DNA of 64,000 nt from Phenylobacterium sp. (GTDB taxonomy: Bacteria; Pseudomonadota; Alphaproteobacteria; Caulobacterales; Caulobacteraceae): the NCBI RefSeq assembly GCF_004799515.1, contig NZ_SSMX01000041.1, positions 12,687 to 76,686 of the forward strand, written 5' to 3'. The position numbers and the translations under genes are program-made. The stretch's first letter is position 1. Each line of letters begins with the position of its first letter. Below the pieces are notes generated by a model that was not told the DNA's origin, made no database searches, and saw nothing but the letters and a program-made list of their open reading frames with translations. Of the stretch, positions 41,388 to 50,604 are shown in pieces.

Positions 41388-42500
41388 CTAGAGACGCACG
41401 ACGATCCGCCGCCAAGCGAGGACCAGGCCGAGCAGCCAGCAGGCGAGCGTGTAGGCGATGGCGCAGAGCAGCGCGCCGACCGGGCCGGGGACGGCCGCCT
41501 GGAAGACGTTGACGCCGATCCAGTCGTAGACGCCGACGTCGGGGGCGACCTCGATGGTCTGCAGGGTCGTTACGAAGAGTTCCGAGAACAGGTAGATCAC
41601 CAGCGGGTTCAGCCCGAACACCTGGAAGAAGCGGGTCACCGGGTTCGGCGTCCGGCCTTCCAGGACGGCAGCAAGGCCCGCCAGCAGGACGAGGTCGGTG
41701 CCGACGGTGAGCAGGACGAAGCTGCCGGTCCAGAGCTTCTTGGCGACGGGGAAGAATGGGCTCCAGGCCAGGGCGGCGACGGTCAGGGCGACGCCAACCA
41801 AGGCCATGCGGATCAGGGCCGGTCGACCGGCCGATGTCCTGAGGTATCGCGCCGCCAGATAGCCCCCGATCACGTTGACGCTCGCCGGCAGGGTCCCGAG
41901 AAGGCCCTCCGGGTCGAAGCCGCCGTCGCGCCGATAGAGGTGGCGCGGGCCGAGTACGAGGAGGTCGAGGCGGGTCCCGGCGTTGCCGAGCTTGGAGAAC
42001 GGATCGGCGGGGTCGAAGGCGACGAGGACGCTCCAGTAGGCCAGAAGGATCAGTGCGCTCAAGGCGGCCAGCCAGCGGGGCGAGAGGTAGCGCACCGCGA
42101 AGGCGGCCAGGGCGTAGCAGAGCGCGATCCGCTGCAGGACGCCCATCACCCGGGTGTCGGCGAAGGGGTTGAGCGCCCAGCCGCCGTCCACGCGGTGGAT
42201 GAAGGGGTACCAGTACATCAGGAAGCCAAGCAGGAAGATCAGCGCCGCCCGCCGCAGGACTTTCAGCGCAAAGGCGCCGGCGGTCGGCCGCTCGGCGAAG
42301 GCGAAGGCCATCGAACAGCCCACCGCGAACAGGAAGGACGGGAAGACCCAGTCCGCGCCGGTGAAGCCGAACCACTTGGCGTGGACCAGCCACGGGAAGG
42401 GATGCGCGCCCGGCCCCGGCGTGTTGACGACGATCATCAGGGCGACGGCGAGCCCGCGGAACACGTCCAGCGACAGGAAGCGGGCGGCGGGCTTGTCCAT
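41388..42500 (-). CDS. Heparan-alpha-glucosaminide N-acetyltransferase-like membrane protein (DUF5009/NagX group)
   Basis: SLDVFRG..MIVVN, HAKWFGFTGADWVFP.FLF, GVLQRI, DPEGLL, KKLWT.SF. Confidence 0.85.
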   Translation of the reverse strand: MDKPAARFLSLDVFRGLAVALMIVVNTPGPGAHPFPWLVHAKWFGFTGADWVFPSFLFAVGCSMAFAFAERPTAGAFALKVLRRAALIFLLGFLMYWYPFIHRVDGGWALNPFADTRVMGVLQRIALCYALAAFAVRYLSPRWLAALSALILLAYWSVLVAFDPADPFSKLGNAGTRLDLLVLGPRHLYRRDGGFDPEGLLGTLPASVNVIGGYLAARYLRTSAGRPALIRMALVGVALTVAALAWSPFFPVAKKLWTGSFVLLTVGTDLVLLAGLAAVLEGRTPNPVTRFFQVFGLNPLVIYLFSELFVTTLQTIEVAPDVGVYDWIGVNVFQAAVPGPVGALLCAIAYTLACWLLGLVLAWRRIVVRL

Positions 42501-42509
42501 CGTGGGGCC

Positions 42510-44819
42510 TTAGGGCTGGCCGAGGCGGGCGAGGAGAGCCCGCGCTGCGCTCACCGGATCGGCGGGACGCTGGCGGACGTAAGCCGTGTCGCGCTCGATC
42601 CAGTCTTGCTCCCAGGCGCCGATGGCGCGCTCCGCGGCGGGTTCGTCGAAGGCGCCGGCGCCGGCGGCGCGCAGGGCGTCCAGGAGCCGGGTCCAGCGGG
42701 GCAGGTAGTAGTCGCGGTAGAGGCCCTGCCACACCTTCGACGCGTAGTCGGAAAGCCCGCCGTCGCCGCCCCAGACCGTCACCTGGGCCTTGGCGTTGAG
42801 GACATAGGCACGGGCGTCGACCGGGTCGTCGGCATAGGCGCGGGCCGCGTCGATCCAGGTCGAGAGCGTGTCGGGTTGCGCGCCCAGCAGCCCATCCAGC
42901 GCCACGGCCAGGTCTTCGACCCCGCGCCGCGCCCGGTCGCCGGCCGCGAGGTCGCCGCGGCGATAGGCGGCGACGGCGGCCTGCAGCCGGACGTCGATCT
43001 CCTCGCTGACCAGGTGGCCTGTGAAATCGACCAGGTCGTGGACGAACAGCGGCTCGCCGGCGAAGGCCGGGGCCAGCCGCGCCAGCTCGCCCACGGCGGT
43101 CGCCAGCTTGGCGCGGTCGCCGGGCGGGCCCGGGAACTCGACGATGGTCGCCGTCGGCCGCTTGCAGAAGAGGCAGGCGCCGGCTCGGCCATTCCACCAG
43201 CGCGGCGTCCAGTAGCGGGTCGTGTAGGCGGCCTCGACCAGCTGCCGAAGCGCCGCGTCTAGCTCGGGCGTCGTGCGGCCATAGCGGGACCTCGCGTAGC
43301 CCGAGAGCCACGCGTCCAGCGACGCGCCGCCGGCGCCCCAGGCCAGGTCGTAGGCCTCCTCATAGACGATGGAGTTGTTGTCGAGGCCTTCCGGGAACAG
43401 GCCGAAGCCGCTCAGCCGCCCGGCCTGTGGGTCGGCGAGCACCGCCGCCACGTCGCGCCGGTAGCCGCCAAGGTCGCCATAGACCGGATTGCTGGCGCCG
43501 TAATTGTGCACATAGCCGAACACCCACGGCTTGCCGGCAAAGGCGCGGGCGCGGCGCCAGACGTCCGGATAGCGGTCGTTGCCGATGTCGAGCACCATCA
43601 CCCCGCCCTCGGGGACCTGACTGAAGAAGGCGGCGATGGCGGCCTCATCCCAGAACTGTGGGTCGGCGCCGAACAGCCAGCCCTGCATCACCCAGACCGC
43701 GTCGGGCCGCGCCTTCTTGAAGGCCGCGTGGATGGCCTGGCCGTAGGCGGCGAGGCGCCGGGCCTTCAGGGCGGGGTCGATGGGAGCCGCGGCCGCGGCC
43801 TTGCTGGCCCCGCCATCGCCGAAGCCGGCGTTGCCGCCGCCCCCCTTGTCTTGAGAGAATGGCCCGTCGTCGGCGACCGGCGGGCGCATCTCGTTGAAGG
43901 AGTCGGCCAGGTAGTAGGTCCCGGGCCCGTAGGTCCGCGTGTAGAGGTCGAGGAACCGCGCGGAGAGCCGGGGGAACAGCGGGTCGCCGGGATCCAGCCA
44001 GTAGGTCTCGTGGAAGCCGCCGCCGGCCGGCATCTTGTAGATGCGGGCGTCCTTGTGCTTCAGGGCGAAGGCCTTGGGAACATAGCCGCCGAAGGCCGGC
44101 AAGATCGGGCTCATGCCGAGCGCGTGCATGGCGGCCAGGATCTGGCGCTGCAGGTCGCGTTTCTTGTCGATCCAGGCGGCGGGCAAGGGCGCGCGGTAGC
44201 CCTCGATGTTGCCCATCCGCTGCCAGGGCGTGAAGGCGGGGCCGGAGAAGTATCCGGCCAGTTCGGCCTCGGTCAGGCCCTCCTCGCGCCACAGCGCCCG
44301 CCAGACGAACTCCTGGCCTTCGAGGGCCAGCGGCATGTCGATCCCGTGCACCGCCATCCAGTCGATCTCGCGGCGCCAGCGCGGCCAGTCCCACCAGGGC
44401 GTCGTGTAGCCATAGGTGCAGGGGTTCAGGTAGACGCGGTGGGCGAAGGGGCTCTCGACGCGGCCGCTTTTCCCATCCGGCCAGTGGGCGGGCAGGGCGG
44501 CGCGGTCGCCTTCCCAGCTGACATGGGCCGCGCCCATCTGGCGCATCCAGGCGTAGGCGCCGCGCGCCAGGGCGACGCCGGAATCGCCTTTGACGGCGAG
44601 CGTCCCGCTCCGGGCCTCGGCGTCGTACCAGGGCCGCGGACCGGCGGTGCCGAGCGCCAGGGCGACGCGCCCGCCGGCGGGACCGAAGAGGCGCGTCAGG
44701 ACCGCCTTGGCCGCGGCGGTGTCCGCGGGCCGAGCCGCCCAGGCAGGTGCGGCCGCGGCGGCCGCCGAGACCGCCAGGGCCTGCGCGATCGCCTCACGGC
44801 GCGAAACGGATTGCGGCAT
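42510..44819 (-). CDS. Alpha-N-acetylglucosaminidase, GH89, with Tat signal
   Basis: SRREAI Tat motif; YLNPCTYGYT..WW, IDWMAVHG, DSFNEM, FPEG, NAKAQVTVWG, LSDYASK. Confidence 0.9.
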   Translation of the reverse strand: MPQSVSRREAIAQALAVSAAAAAAPAWAARPADTAAAKAVLTRLFGPAGGRVALALGTAGPRPWYDAEARSGTLAVKGDSGVALARGAYAWMRQMGAAHVSWEGDRAALPAHWPDGKSGRVESPFAHRVYLNPCTYGYTTPWWDWPRWRREIDWMAVHGIDMPLALEGQEFVWRALWREEGLTEAELAGYFSGPAFTPWQRMGNIEGYRAPLPAAWIDKKRDLQRQILAAMHALGMSPILPAFGGYVPKAFALKHKDARIYKMPAGGGFHETYWLDPGDPLFPRLSARFLDLYTRTYGPGTYYLADSFNEMRPPVADDGPFSQDKGGGGNAGFGDGGASKAAAAAPIDPALKARRLAAYGQAIHAAFKKARPDAVWVMQGWLFGADPQFWDEAAIAAFFSQVPEGGVMVLDIGNDRYPDVWRRARAFAGKPWVFGYVHNYGASNPVYGDLGGYRRDVAAVLADPQAGRLSGFGLFPEGLDNNSIVYEEAYDLAWGAGGASLDAWLSGYARSRYGRTTPELDAALRQLVEAAYTTRYWTPRWWNGRAGACLFCKRPTATIVEFPGPPGDRAKLATAVGELARLAPAFAGEPLFVHDLVDFTGHLVSEEIDVRLQAAVAAYRRGDLAAGDRARRGVEDLAVALDGLLGAQPDTLSTWIDAARAYADDPVDARAYVLNAKAQVTVWGGDGGLSDYASKVWQGLYRDYYLPRWTRLLDALRAAGAGAFDEPAAERAIGAWEQDWIERDTAYVRQRPADPVSAARALLARLGQP

Positions 44820-44913
44820 AGGTTCGGACTCACCCCCACTCAGATGTGCAAGGTGCGCCGATCGCGATCGAGGTCAAACCGGTGGCGCGGCGCCTGCGAG
44901 GGAGGGAAAGGGC

Positions 44914-45447
44914 ATGGCCAAGCTCGTTTTCGGATTGCAGCAGTCGCTGGACGGCTACGTCGACCACATGCAGCTGGGGCCGCCAGGCCCCGAACTTTCC
45001 CGTCACTTCCTGGAGCACGTGCGCGAGCTGGCCGGCTGCGTGTACGGTCGCCGCATCTATGAGATCATGCGTTACTGGGATGAAGACCAGCCCGACTGGG
45101 ACGCGGCGGATCGCGACTTCGCGGCGGCGTGGCGAAGCAAGCCGAAGTGGGTCGTATCGCGCTCGTTGAAGTCCGTCGGCCCCAACGCCACGCTGATCCA
45201 GGATGACCTCGGGACCGCGCTGGGCGAGCTTAAGGCTCGGCTCGCCGGGGAGATCGACGTCGCTGGGCCGGACTTGGCGCGAAGCCTGACCGACCTCGGC
45301 CTCATCGACGAGTATCGGCTCTACTTCCGCCCCTTGGTGCTCGGCCACGGCGCGCCGTTTTTCGCCGGGCCCCGGCCGCCCCTCCGCCTCGTGGCCAGCG
45401 ATCTGATCGGTGAGGACACGATCCGGTTGACGTACGTTCCGGCTTGA
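44914..45447 (+). CDS. Dihydrofolate reductase-like (RibD C-terminal) protein
   Basis: QSLDGY, YGRRIYE, KWVVSRSL, LIDEYRLY.RP.VLG.G. Confidence 0.85.
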   Translation: MAKLVFGLQQSLDGYVDHMQLGPPGPELSRHFLEHVRELAGCVYGRRIYEIMRYWDEDQPDWDAADRDFAAAWRSKPKWVVSRSLKSVGPNATLIQDDLGTALGELKARLAGEIDVAGPDLARSLTDLGLIDEYRLYFRPLVLGHGAPFFAGPRPPLRLVASDLIGEDTIRLTYVPA

Positions 45448-45640
45448 TCGCCCCGGTGGACCGCGCTGACACGTCATCTCCGCTAAGGGTCGTCAGTCGA
45501 CATCGATGCAACCGTCGGAAGCGGACCTCGGAAGGCCTCGGCAAGGTGCGATTTGCGGAACGGGGCGAATGTCCGGTGTTGGCGCTTCGTCGCGCGGGAT
45601 TTTTCTGGCCAGGCGCCGGTGCGATGAGTAACCCGGTCGC

Positions 45641-46108
45641 ATGATCGAACCTCATCCGTCCGGCGGCTACATTCTGGATGAGCTTGCCGTCGGCATGACC
45701 GCCGAAAAGCGCGTCACGGTCACCTCGGAGCGCATCGATCACTTCGCGGAAGCCTCGGACGATTTCAATCCGTTGCACATGGACGAGGCGTTCGCGTCCA
45801 AGACGGCCTATCGCGGCCGGATAGCTCACGGTCTGCTGTCGGCGTCGTTCGGCTCCGCGGTCGTCGGCACCATTCTACCCGGTGCGGGCGCAATCTACCT
45901 TGGCCAGACCCTCAGCTTCCACAGGCCGGTCCGGATCGGCGACGTCGTGGTCGCCCGCGTGACGGTGGCCACGATCGACGAGGCCGCCGCCCGGGTCGTC
46001 CTCAGGTGCGAAGGCTTTGTGGACGGCGAACTCATCATGGATGGCGACGCGACCGTGCGCGTCCCGCGTCGCCGGCGCGTTTCGAAGGCGCCCGAGCCGA
46101 ACGGCTAG
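45641..46108 (+). CDS. MaoC/PhaJ-type (R)-specific enoyl-CoA hydratase
   Basis: SDDFNPLH hydratase-2 motif, RIAHG, FHRPVRIGD. Confidence 0.9.
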   Translation: MIEPHPSGGYILDELAVGMTAEKRVTVTSERIDHFAEASDDFNPLHMDEAFASKTAYRGRIAHGLLSASFGSAVVGTILPGAGAIYLGQTLSFHRPVRIGDVVVARVTVATIDEAAARVVLRCEGFVDGELIMDGDATVRVPRRRRVSKAPEPNG

Positions 46109-46135
46109 CGCCGGGAGGGACCTGAGACCCCCGCG

Positions 46136-48757
46136 CTATTCCTCGGCCAGGGACCGGCTGACCAGCTCGAAGACGTTCTTGGAGAGGTCGGGGTGCTTCA
46201 GGATGCGCTCCAGCTCCGCCTTCATCAGCCGGCCGAGCTCGGGCTTATAGCGCCGCCAGCCGCCGAGCGGCTCGACCAGCCGCGCCGCGGTCATCGGGTT
46301 GAAGCCGTCGGTGGCCAGGATCTGGTCGGCCAGGAAGCGGTAGCCGGCGCCGCTGGGATCGTGGAAGCGCACCGGGTTGAAGCTGGCGAAGGTCGCGACC
46401 AGGGCCCGCAGGCGGTTGGGGTTCTTGGCCTCGAAGGCCGGATGGGCGGTCAGGCCCATGACCCGGCCCAGCGCGCCCTCGTCCGGGTCGCGCGCCTGCA
46501 GGGCGAACCATTTGTCGATGACCAGGGGCTCGGCCTTCCACTGCTCGTAGAAGTCGCTGAGCGCGCGTTCGTAGAGGTCTCCGCCGATCAGGCTGAGCGC
46601 GGCCAGGCCGCCCACCGCGTCGGTCATGTTGGCGGCGGCCTCGTAGTGACCGAAGGCCAGCTCGCCGATTTCCGAGCGCGGGTTGGCGGCCATCAGGTCG
46701 AGGGCGGCGTTGCGCAGGGCGCGGCGGCCGGCTCCGGCGGCGTCGGGGGAGAACTCGCCGACCTCCTGCAGGCCGGCGTGCAGCCGCTTCAGCTCGTCGG
46801 CCAGGTGCAGGGCCAGCCGCAGGCGCAGGGCCTGGCGCGCCTCGTGGATCGCCGCCGGGTCGGCCGGGGTCATGGCGAGCGCCAGGTCGGGCTCCGACGG
46901 CAGCATGAGCAGCAGCGCCTTGAACGCCGGGTCGGCGGCCTGGTCGGCCAGGGCGCGGCCGACCGCCTCGGCGTAGCGTTCCTCGCCCACCTCGTCGGCC
47001 ATGCCGGTGGCGCGCGCCAGGATCAGCGCCCGGGCCAGCTCCTGGCCGGCCTCCCAGCGGTTGAACAGGTCCGGGTCGCCGGCCAGCAGGACGTAGCGGT
47101 CGCGGGACTCGGCGTTGGAAGTGAGCTTCACCGGGGCGGAGAAGCCGCGCAGGGCGGAGACCACCGGGCGCTCGTCGACGCCGGTCAGCACGACCGTGGT
47201 CTTCGCGCCATCGAGCACGACGACGGTCTCGTCCACCGCTTGGCCGTCGCGGACGAAGGCCTGGGTGCGGCCGTCGCCGTCCAGGAGGCCGATGGTCACC
47301 GGGATCGGCAGGGCGCCCTTGACCGGCTGGCCGGGCGTCGGCGCAGTCTCCTGGACGATCTCGAGCGCCAGCTCCCGGCGCTCGGCGTCATAGTGGCTGG
47401 TCAGGGTCACCTTCGGCGTGCCGGCCTGCTCGTACCAGGCGAAGAACGGCCCAAGGTCCTGGCCGGAGACGTCGGCGAAGCAGCGGATGAACGCCTCGAC
47501 CGTGGTGGCGTGGCCGTCCCAGCGTTCGAAGTAGAGGTCCATGCCTTTGCGGAAAGCGTCGGGCCCGATCAGGGTCTTCAGCATCCGGATCACTTCCGCG
47601 CCCTTCTCGTAGATGGTCGCGGTGTAGAAGTTGTCGATCTTCATGTAACTGGACGGTCGCACGGGGTGGGCGAGCGGGCCCTGGTCCTCGGCGAATTGGC
47701 GGGCGCGCAGGGCTTTCACGTCCTTGATCCGCTGCACGGCGTGGCCGCGCTGGTCGGCGGAGAAGCTCTGGTCCCGGAAGACCGTCAGGCCCTCCTTCAG
47801 GCACAGCTGGAACCAGTCGCGGCAGGTCACCCGGTCGCCGGTCCAGTTGTGGAAGTACTCGTGGGCCACCACGCTCTCGATGCGCTCGAAGTCGAGGTCG
47901 GTGGCGGTGGCGGGGTCGGCCAGCAGCAGCGAGGCGTTGAAGATGTTCAGCCCCTTGTTCTCCATCGCCCCGAAGTTGAAGTCGCGCACGGCGACGATCA
48001 TGAAGAGGTCGAGGTCGTACTCCAGGCCGAAGGTGTCCTCGTCCCACTTCATCGAGCGCTTCAGGGCGTCCATGGCGTAGGCGGCGCGCGGCGCCATGCC
48101 GGGGTCGACATAGATGCGCAGGTCGACGGTGCGCCCGCTCGAGGTGACGCGGCTGTCCTCCAGCACGTCCAGCTCGCCGGCGACCAGGGCGAACAGGTAG
48201 CAGGGCTTGGGGAAGGGATCGTTCCAGACGGCGTAGCGGCGCCCGCCCGGCAGGTCGCCGCTCTCCATCAGGTTGCCGTTGGACAGGAGGCGCTCGAAGC
48301 CCTTGTCCGCCTCGATGCGGACGGTAAAACGCGAGAGCACGTCCGGCCGGTCCGGCCAGAAGGTGATCTTGCGGAAGCCCTCGGCCTCGCACTGGGTGCA
48401 GAAGCGGCCGCCGGACATGTAGAGGCCGTCCAGCGCCTTGTTGGCCTGCGGGTCGATCTCGACCTCGGTCGTAAGCGTGAAGGCGTCGGGGGCATCGGGA
48501 ATGATCAGGAATTCGCCGTCGATGGTCCGTTCGCCCTCGGCCAGCGCCCGGCCGTCGATGGCCATGGAGATCGGCTTCAGCCGTTCGCCGTTGAACTTCA
48601 GCGGCTCGTTGTGGTCGCCGTTGCGGCGGACCTTGAGGCTGGCCTTGACGCGGGTCGCGCTGGGTTGGAGGTCGAAGGCCAGGCTGACCTCCTCCACGAG
48701 GAAGGCGGGCGGGCGATAGTCGGCGAGCTTGATCGCCTGGGGCGTGTCGGTGCGCAT
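46136..48757 (-). CDS. pepN: Aminopeptidase N (M1 family)
   Basis: TQCEAEGFR, GAMENKGLN, HEYFH...E, YEKGAEV, NPNRLRAL. Confidence 0.97.
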   Translation of the reverse strand: MRTDTPQAIKLADYRPPAFLVEEVSLAFDLQPSATRVKASLKVRRNGDHNEPLKFNGERLKPISMAIDGRALAEGERTIDGEFLIIPDAPDAFTLTTEVEIDPQANKALDGLYMSGGRFCTQCEAEGFRKITFWPDRPDVLSRFTVRIEADKGFERLLSNGNLMESGDLPGGRRYAVWNDPFPKPCYLFALVAGELDVLEDSRVTSSGRTVDLRIYVDPGMAPRAAYAMDALKRSMKWDEDTFGLEYDLDLFMIVAVRDFNFGAMENKGLNIFNASLLLADPATATDLDFERIESVVAHEYFHNWTGDRVTCRDWFQLCLKEGLTVFRDQSFSADQRGHAVQRIKDVKALRARQFAEDQGPLAHPVRPSSYMKIDNFYTATIYEKGAEVIRMLKTLIGPDAFRKGMDLYFERWDGHATTVEAFIRCFADVSGQDLGPFFAWYEQAGTPKVTLTSHYDAERRELALEIVQETAPTPGQPVKGALPIPVTIGLLDGDGRTQAFVRDGQAVDETVVVLDGAKTTVVLTGVDERPVVSALRGFSAPVKLTSNAESRDRYVLLAGDPDLFNRWEAGQELARALILARATGMADEVGEERYAEAVGRALADQAADPAFKALLLMLPSEPDLALAMTPADPAAIHEARQALRLRLALHLADELKRLHAGLQEVGEFSPDAAGAGRRALRNAALDLMAANPRSEIGELAFGHYEAAANMTDAVGGLAALSLIGGDLYERALSDFYEQWKAEPLVIDKWFALQARDPDEGALGRVMGLTAHPAFEAKNPNRLRALVATFASFNPVRFHDPSGAGYRFLADQILATDGFNPMTAARLVEPLGGWRRYKPELGRLMKAELERILKHPDLSKNVFELVSRSLAEE

Positions 48758-48825
48758 GGCTGGCATCTAGGCCCGCGCCTGCGGCGGCGCCAAGGCGATC
48801 CCGCCGATCCCGGCCGCTTTCGTCT

Positions 48826-49053
48826 TCACGGCTTCGGGCAGGGGTACTCTTCCCAGCGGCCGTTCTGCTCGCGCACCAGCATGTAGCACTCCAGACCATC
48901 AGCCTGCGCCTCGGCGCTGAGGGTGCGCGCCATGTCCATGGCGTGCATGCGGTAGGCGTAGGCGCCCACCTCCGTGGTGTTGCGCAGCACCACCCATTTG
49001 TTGTCCCGCCAGGCCACGATGATCTGCATGGCGGTCGGCTTCTCGACGTCCAT
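48826..49053 (-). CDS. Small hypothetical protein (75 aa, or 67 aa from ATG 49029)
   Basis: WRDNKWVVLRN...AMDMARTL; GAGAAG 9 nt before the second ATG; ECF promoter upstream. Confidence 0.6.
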   Translation of the reverse strand: MDVEKPTAMQIIVAWRDNKWVVLRNTTEVGAYAYRMHAMDMARTLSAEAQADGLECYMLVREQNGRWEEYPCPKP

Positions 49054-49062
49054 GGGGCTGGC

Positions 49063-49088
49063 AACAAGCCAGGGGATGTCGTTGTTCC
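49063..49088 (-). promoter_or_regulatory. EcfG/SigT-type general-stress promoter
   Basis: GGAAC-N18-GTT on the minus strand, just upstream of the small ORF. Confidence 0.6.
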
Positions 49089-49177
49089 GGCGGCTTTTTT
49101 TTGCGAGAGGTCAGGTAGGCGACAGACGGCGGCGTCGAAGCCCTTACAACGGTAACGCTGCCGGGGGGCCAGTCGTC

Positions 49178-49378
49178 TTGAAGTCCTATCGTATCTACAT
49201 TGTCGGCGCCGACGGGCGGCTGCAGCTCGGGCAGGCCTTCGAGGCGGCGGATGACGTGGCCGCGGTGGCGCGCACCTTGGAGCTGGCGGTTAGAGGTCAG
49301 GGCGCCGAACTCTGGGAGGGCGGTCGGATCGTCGGCCGCGTCTCCGCAGCCGGCGCATTCGCCGCTGGTGCGGACTAA
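49178..49378 (+). CDS. Small hypothetical protein (66 aa)
   Basis: TTG start, KSYRIYIVGADG...ELWEGGRIVG pattern seen in small alphaproteobacterial proteins. Confidence 0.55.
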   Translation: MKSYRIYIVGADGRLQLGQAFEAADDVAAVARTLELAVRGQGAELWEGGRIVGRVSAAGAFAAGAD

Positions 49379-49477
49379 GTCCTGCTGACGCGAGGTCATG
49401 CTTTTCACCCCCGGCGCGGGGCGTATGTTGACGTGCGAGGAAACCTCAAGGCCGGGCCAACCGGTGGGATGGCGCAC

Positions 49478-50593
49478 ATGAACTTCGACTTCTCCGACGA
49501 CCAGAAATTCCTCAAGGGCGAGGCGCGCAAGTTCCTGGAGGCGCATTGCCCGCCGGCCCGGGCGCGCGGGGTCATCGACGACGACGCCAAGGCCTATGAC
49601 GCCGACCTCTGGACGGCGGTGGCCGCCCAGGGCTGGCTGGGGGCGGCGATCCCGGAGGAACATGGCGGCCTCGGCCTCGGCCACCTGGAACTCTGCGTCA
49701 TCGCCGAGGAACTGGGCCGCGCCGCCGCGCCGATCCCCTTCGCCTCGACGGTCTACTTCCTGGCCGAGGCGGTGATGCTGGCCGGCGATGCCGAGCAGAA
49801 GGCCGAGCTCCTGCCGAAGATCGCCGCCGGCGCGCTGATCGGCGCACTCGCCACCTCCGAACGCCCCGGCCCGGTCAGCGCCGCGGCCCTGAAGGCTACG
49901 GTGACCGACGGCCGGCTGAGCGGGATCAAGATCCCCGTCACCGACGGCGACATCGCCAACCTGGGCCTGGTGCTGGCCAAGGAGAACGGCAAGCCTGGCC
50001 TGTTCCTCGTCCAGTTGGACGGCGAGGGCGTCACCCGCGAGGCGGTCGGAACGCTGGATCCGGCGCGCGATGCGGCGAAGCTCACGTTCAAGGACGCGCC
50101 GGCGCGCCGCCTGGGTGAGGCGGGCGTAGGCATGGAGCTCTTGGAGCAGGTGCTGGACCGCGCCGCGATCCTGATCGCCTTCGAACAGTGCGGCGGCGCC
50201 GACAGGTGCCTGGAGATGGCCAAGGCCTATGCGCTGGAGCGCTACGCCTTCGGCCGGACGATCGCCTCCTACCAGGCGATCAAGCACAAGCTGGCGGACA
50301 TCTACATCAAGAACGAACTGGCCCGCTCGAACGCGTACTATGGCGCTTGGGCGCTCAACACCGGGGCGGCGGAGACGCCGCTGGCGGCCAGCGCCGCGCG
50401 GATCGCCGCCAGCGAGGCCTTCTGGTTCGCCGCCAAGGAGAACATCCAGACCCACGGCGGCATCGGCTTCACCTGGGAGATGGACTGCCACCTCTACTAC
50501 CGCCGCTCGCGCCAGCTGGCCCTCGTCGCCGGCGCGCCCAGGGTCTGGAAGGAGCGGCTGGTGAGCCATCTCGAACGGCGCAACGCGGCCTGA
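49478..50593 (+). CDS. Acyl-CoA dehydrogenase, probable non-catalytic subunit
   Basis: MNFDFSDDQ, GWLG..IPEEHGG, RYAFGRTIASYQAIKHKLAD, QTHGGIGFTWE. Confidence 0.88.
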   Translation: MNFDFSDDQKFLKGEARKFLEAHCPPARARGVIDDDAKAYDADLWTAVAAQGWLGAAIPEEHGGLGLGHLELCVIAEELGRAAAPIPFASTVYFLAEAVMLAGDAEQKAELLPKIAAGALIGALATSERPGPVSAAALKATVTDGRLSGIKIPVTDGDIANLGLVLAKENGKPGLFLVQLDGEGVTREAVGTLDPARDAAKLTFKDAPARRLGEAGVGMELLEQVLDRAAILIAFEQCGGADRCLEMAKAYALERYAFGRTIASYQAIKHKLADIYIKNELARSNAYYGAWALNTGAAETPLAASAARIAASEAFWFAAKENIQTHGGIGFTWEMDCHLYYRRSRQLALVAGAPRVWKERLVSHLERRNAA

Positions 50594-50604
50594 GGAGCGG
50601 GATC

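Noticed and set aside
38289-43262. 1657-aa plus-strand ORF
   Set aside because: Shadow ORF. The four minus-strand genes ending at 38187, 39375, 41388 and 42510 all share one frame (differences divisible by 3), and this ORF is their exact codon-antisense. It has no protein motifs.
45556-45582. EcfG-type promoter before maoC (GGAAC...GTT)
   Set aside because: Spacing is 16 nt, two short of the 18 nt seen at the three accepted sites.
46193-48886. 897-aa ORF opposite pepN, and similar long antisense ORFs (16005-18476, 19359-21461, 29396-31597, 54679-57099, 50497-52893)
   Set aside because: Antisense or alternate frames of well-supported genes in a high-GC genome where stop codons are rare; translations are low-complexity and motif-free.
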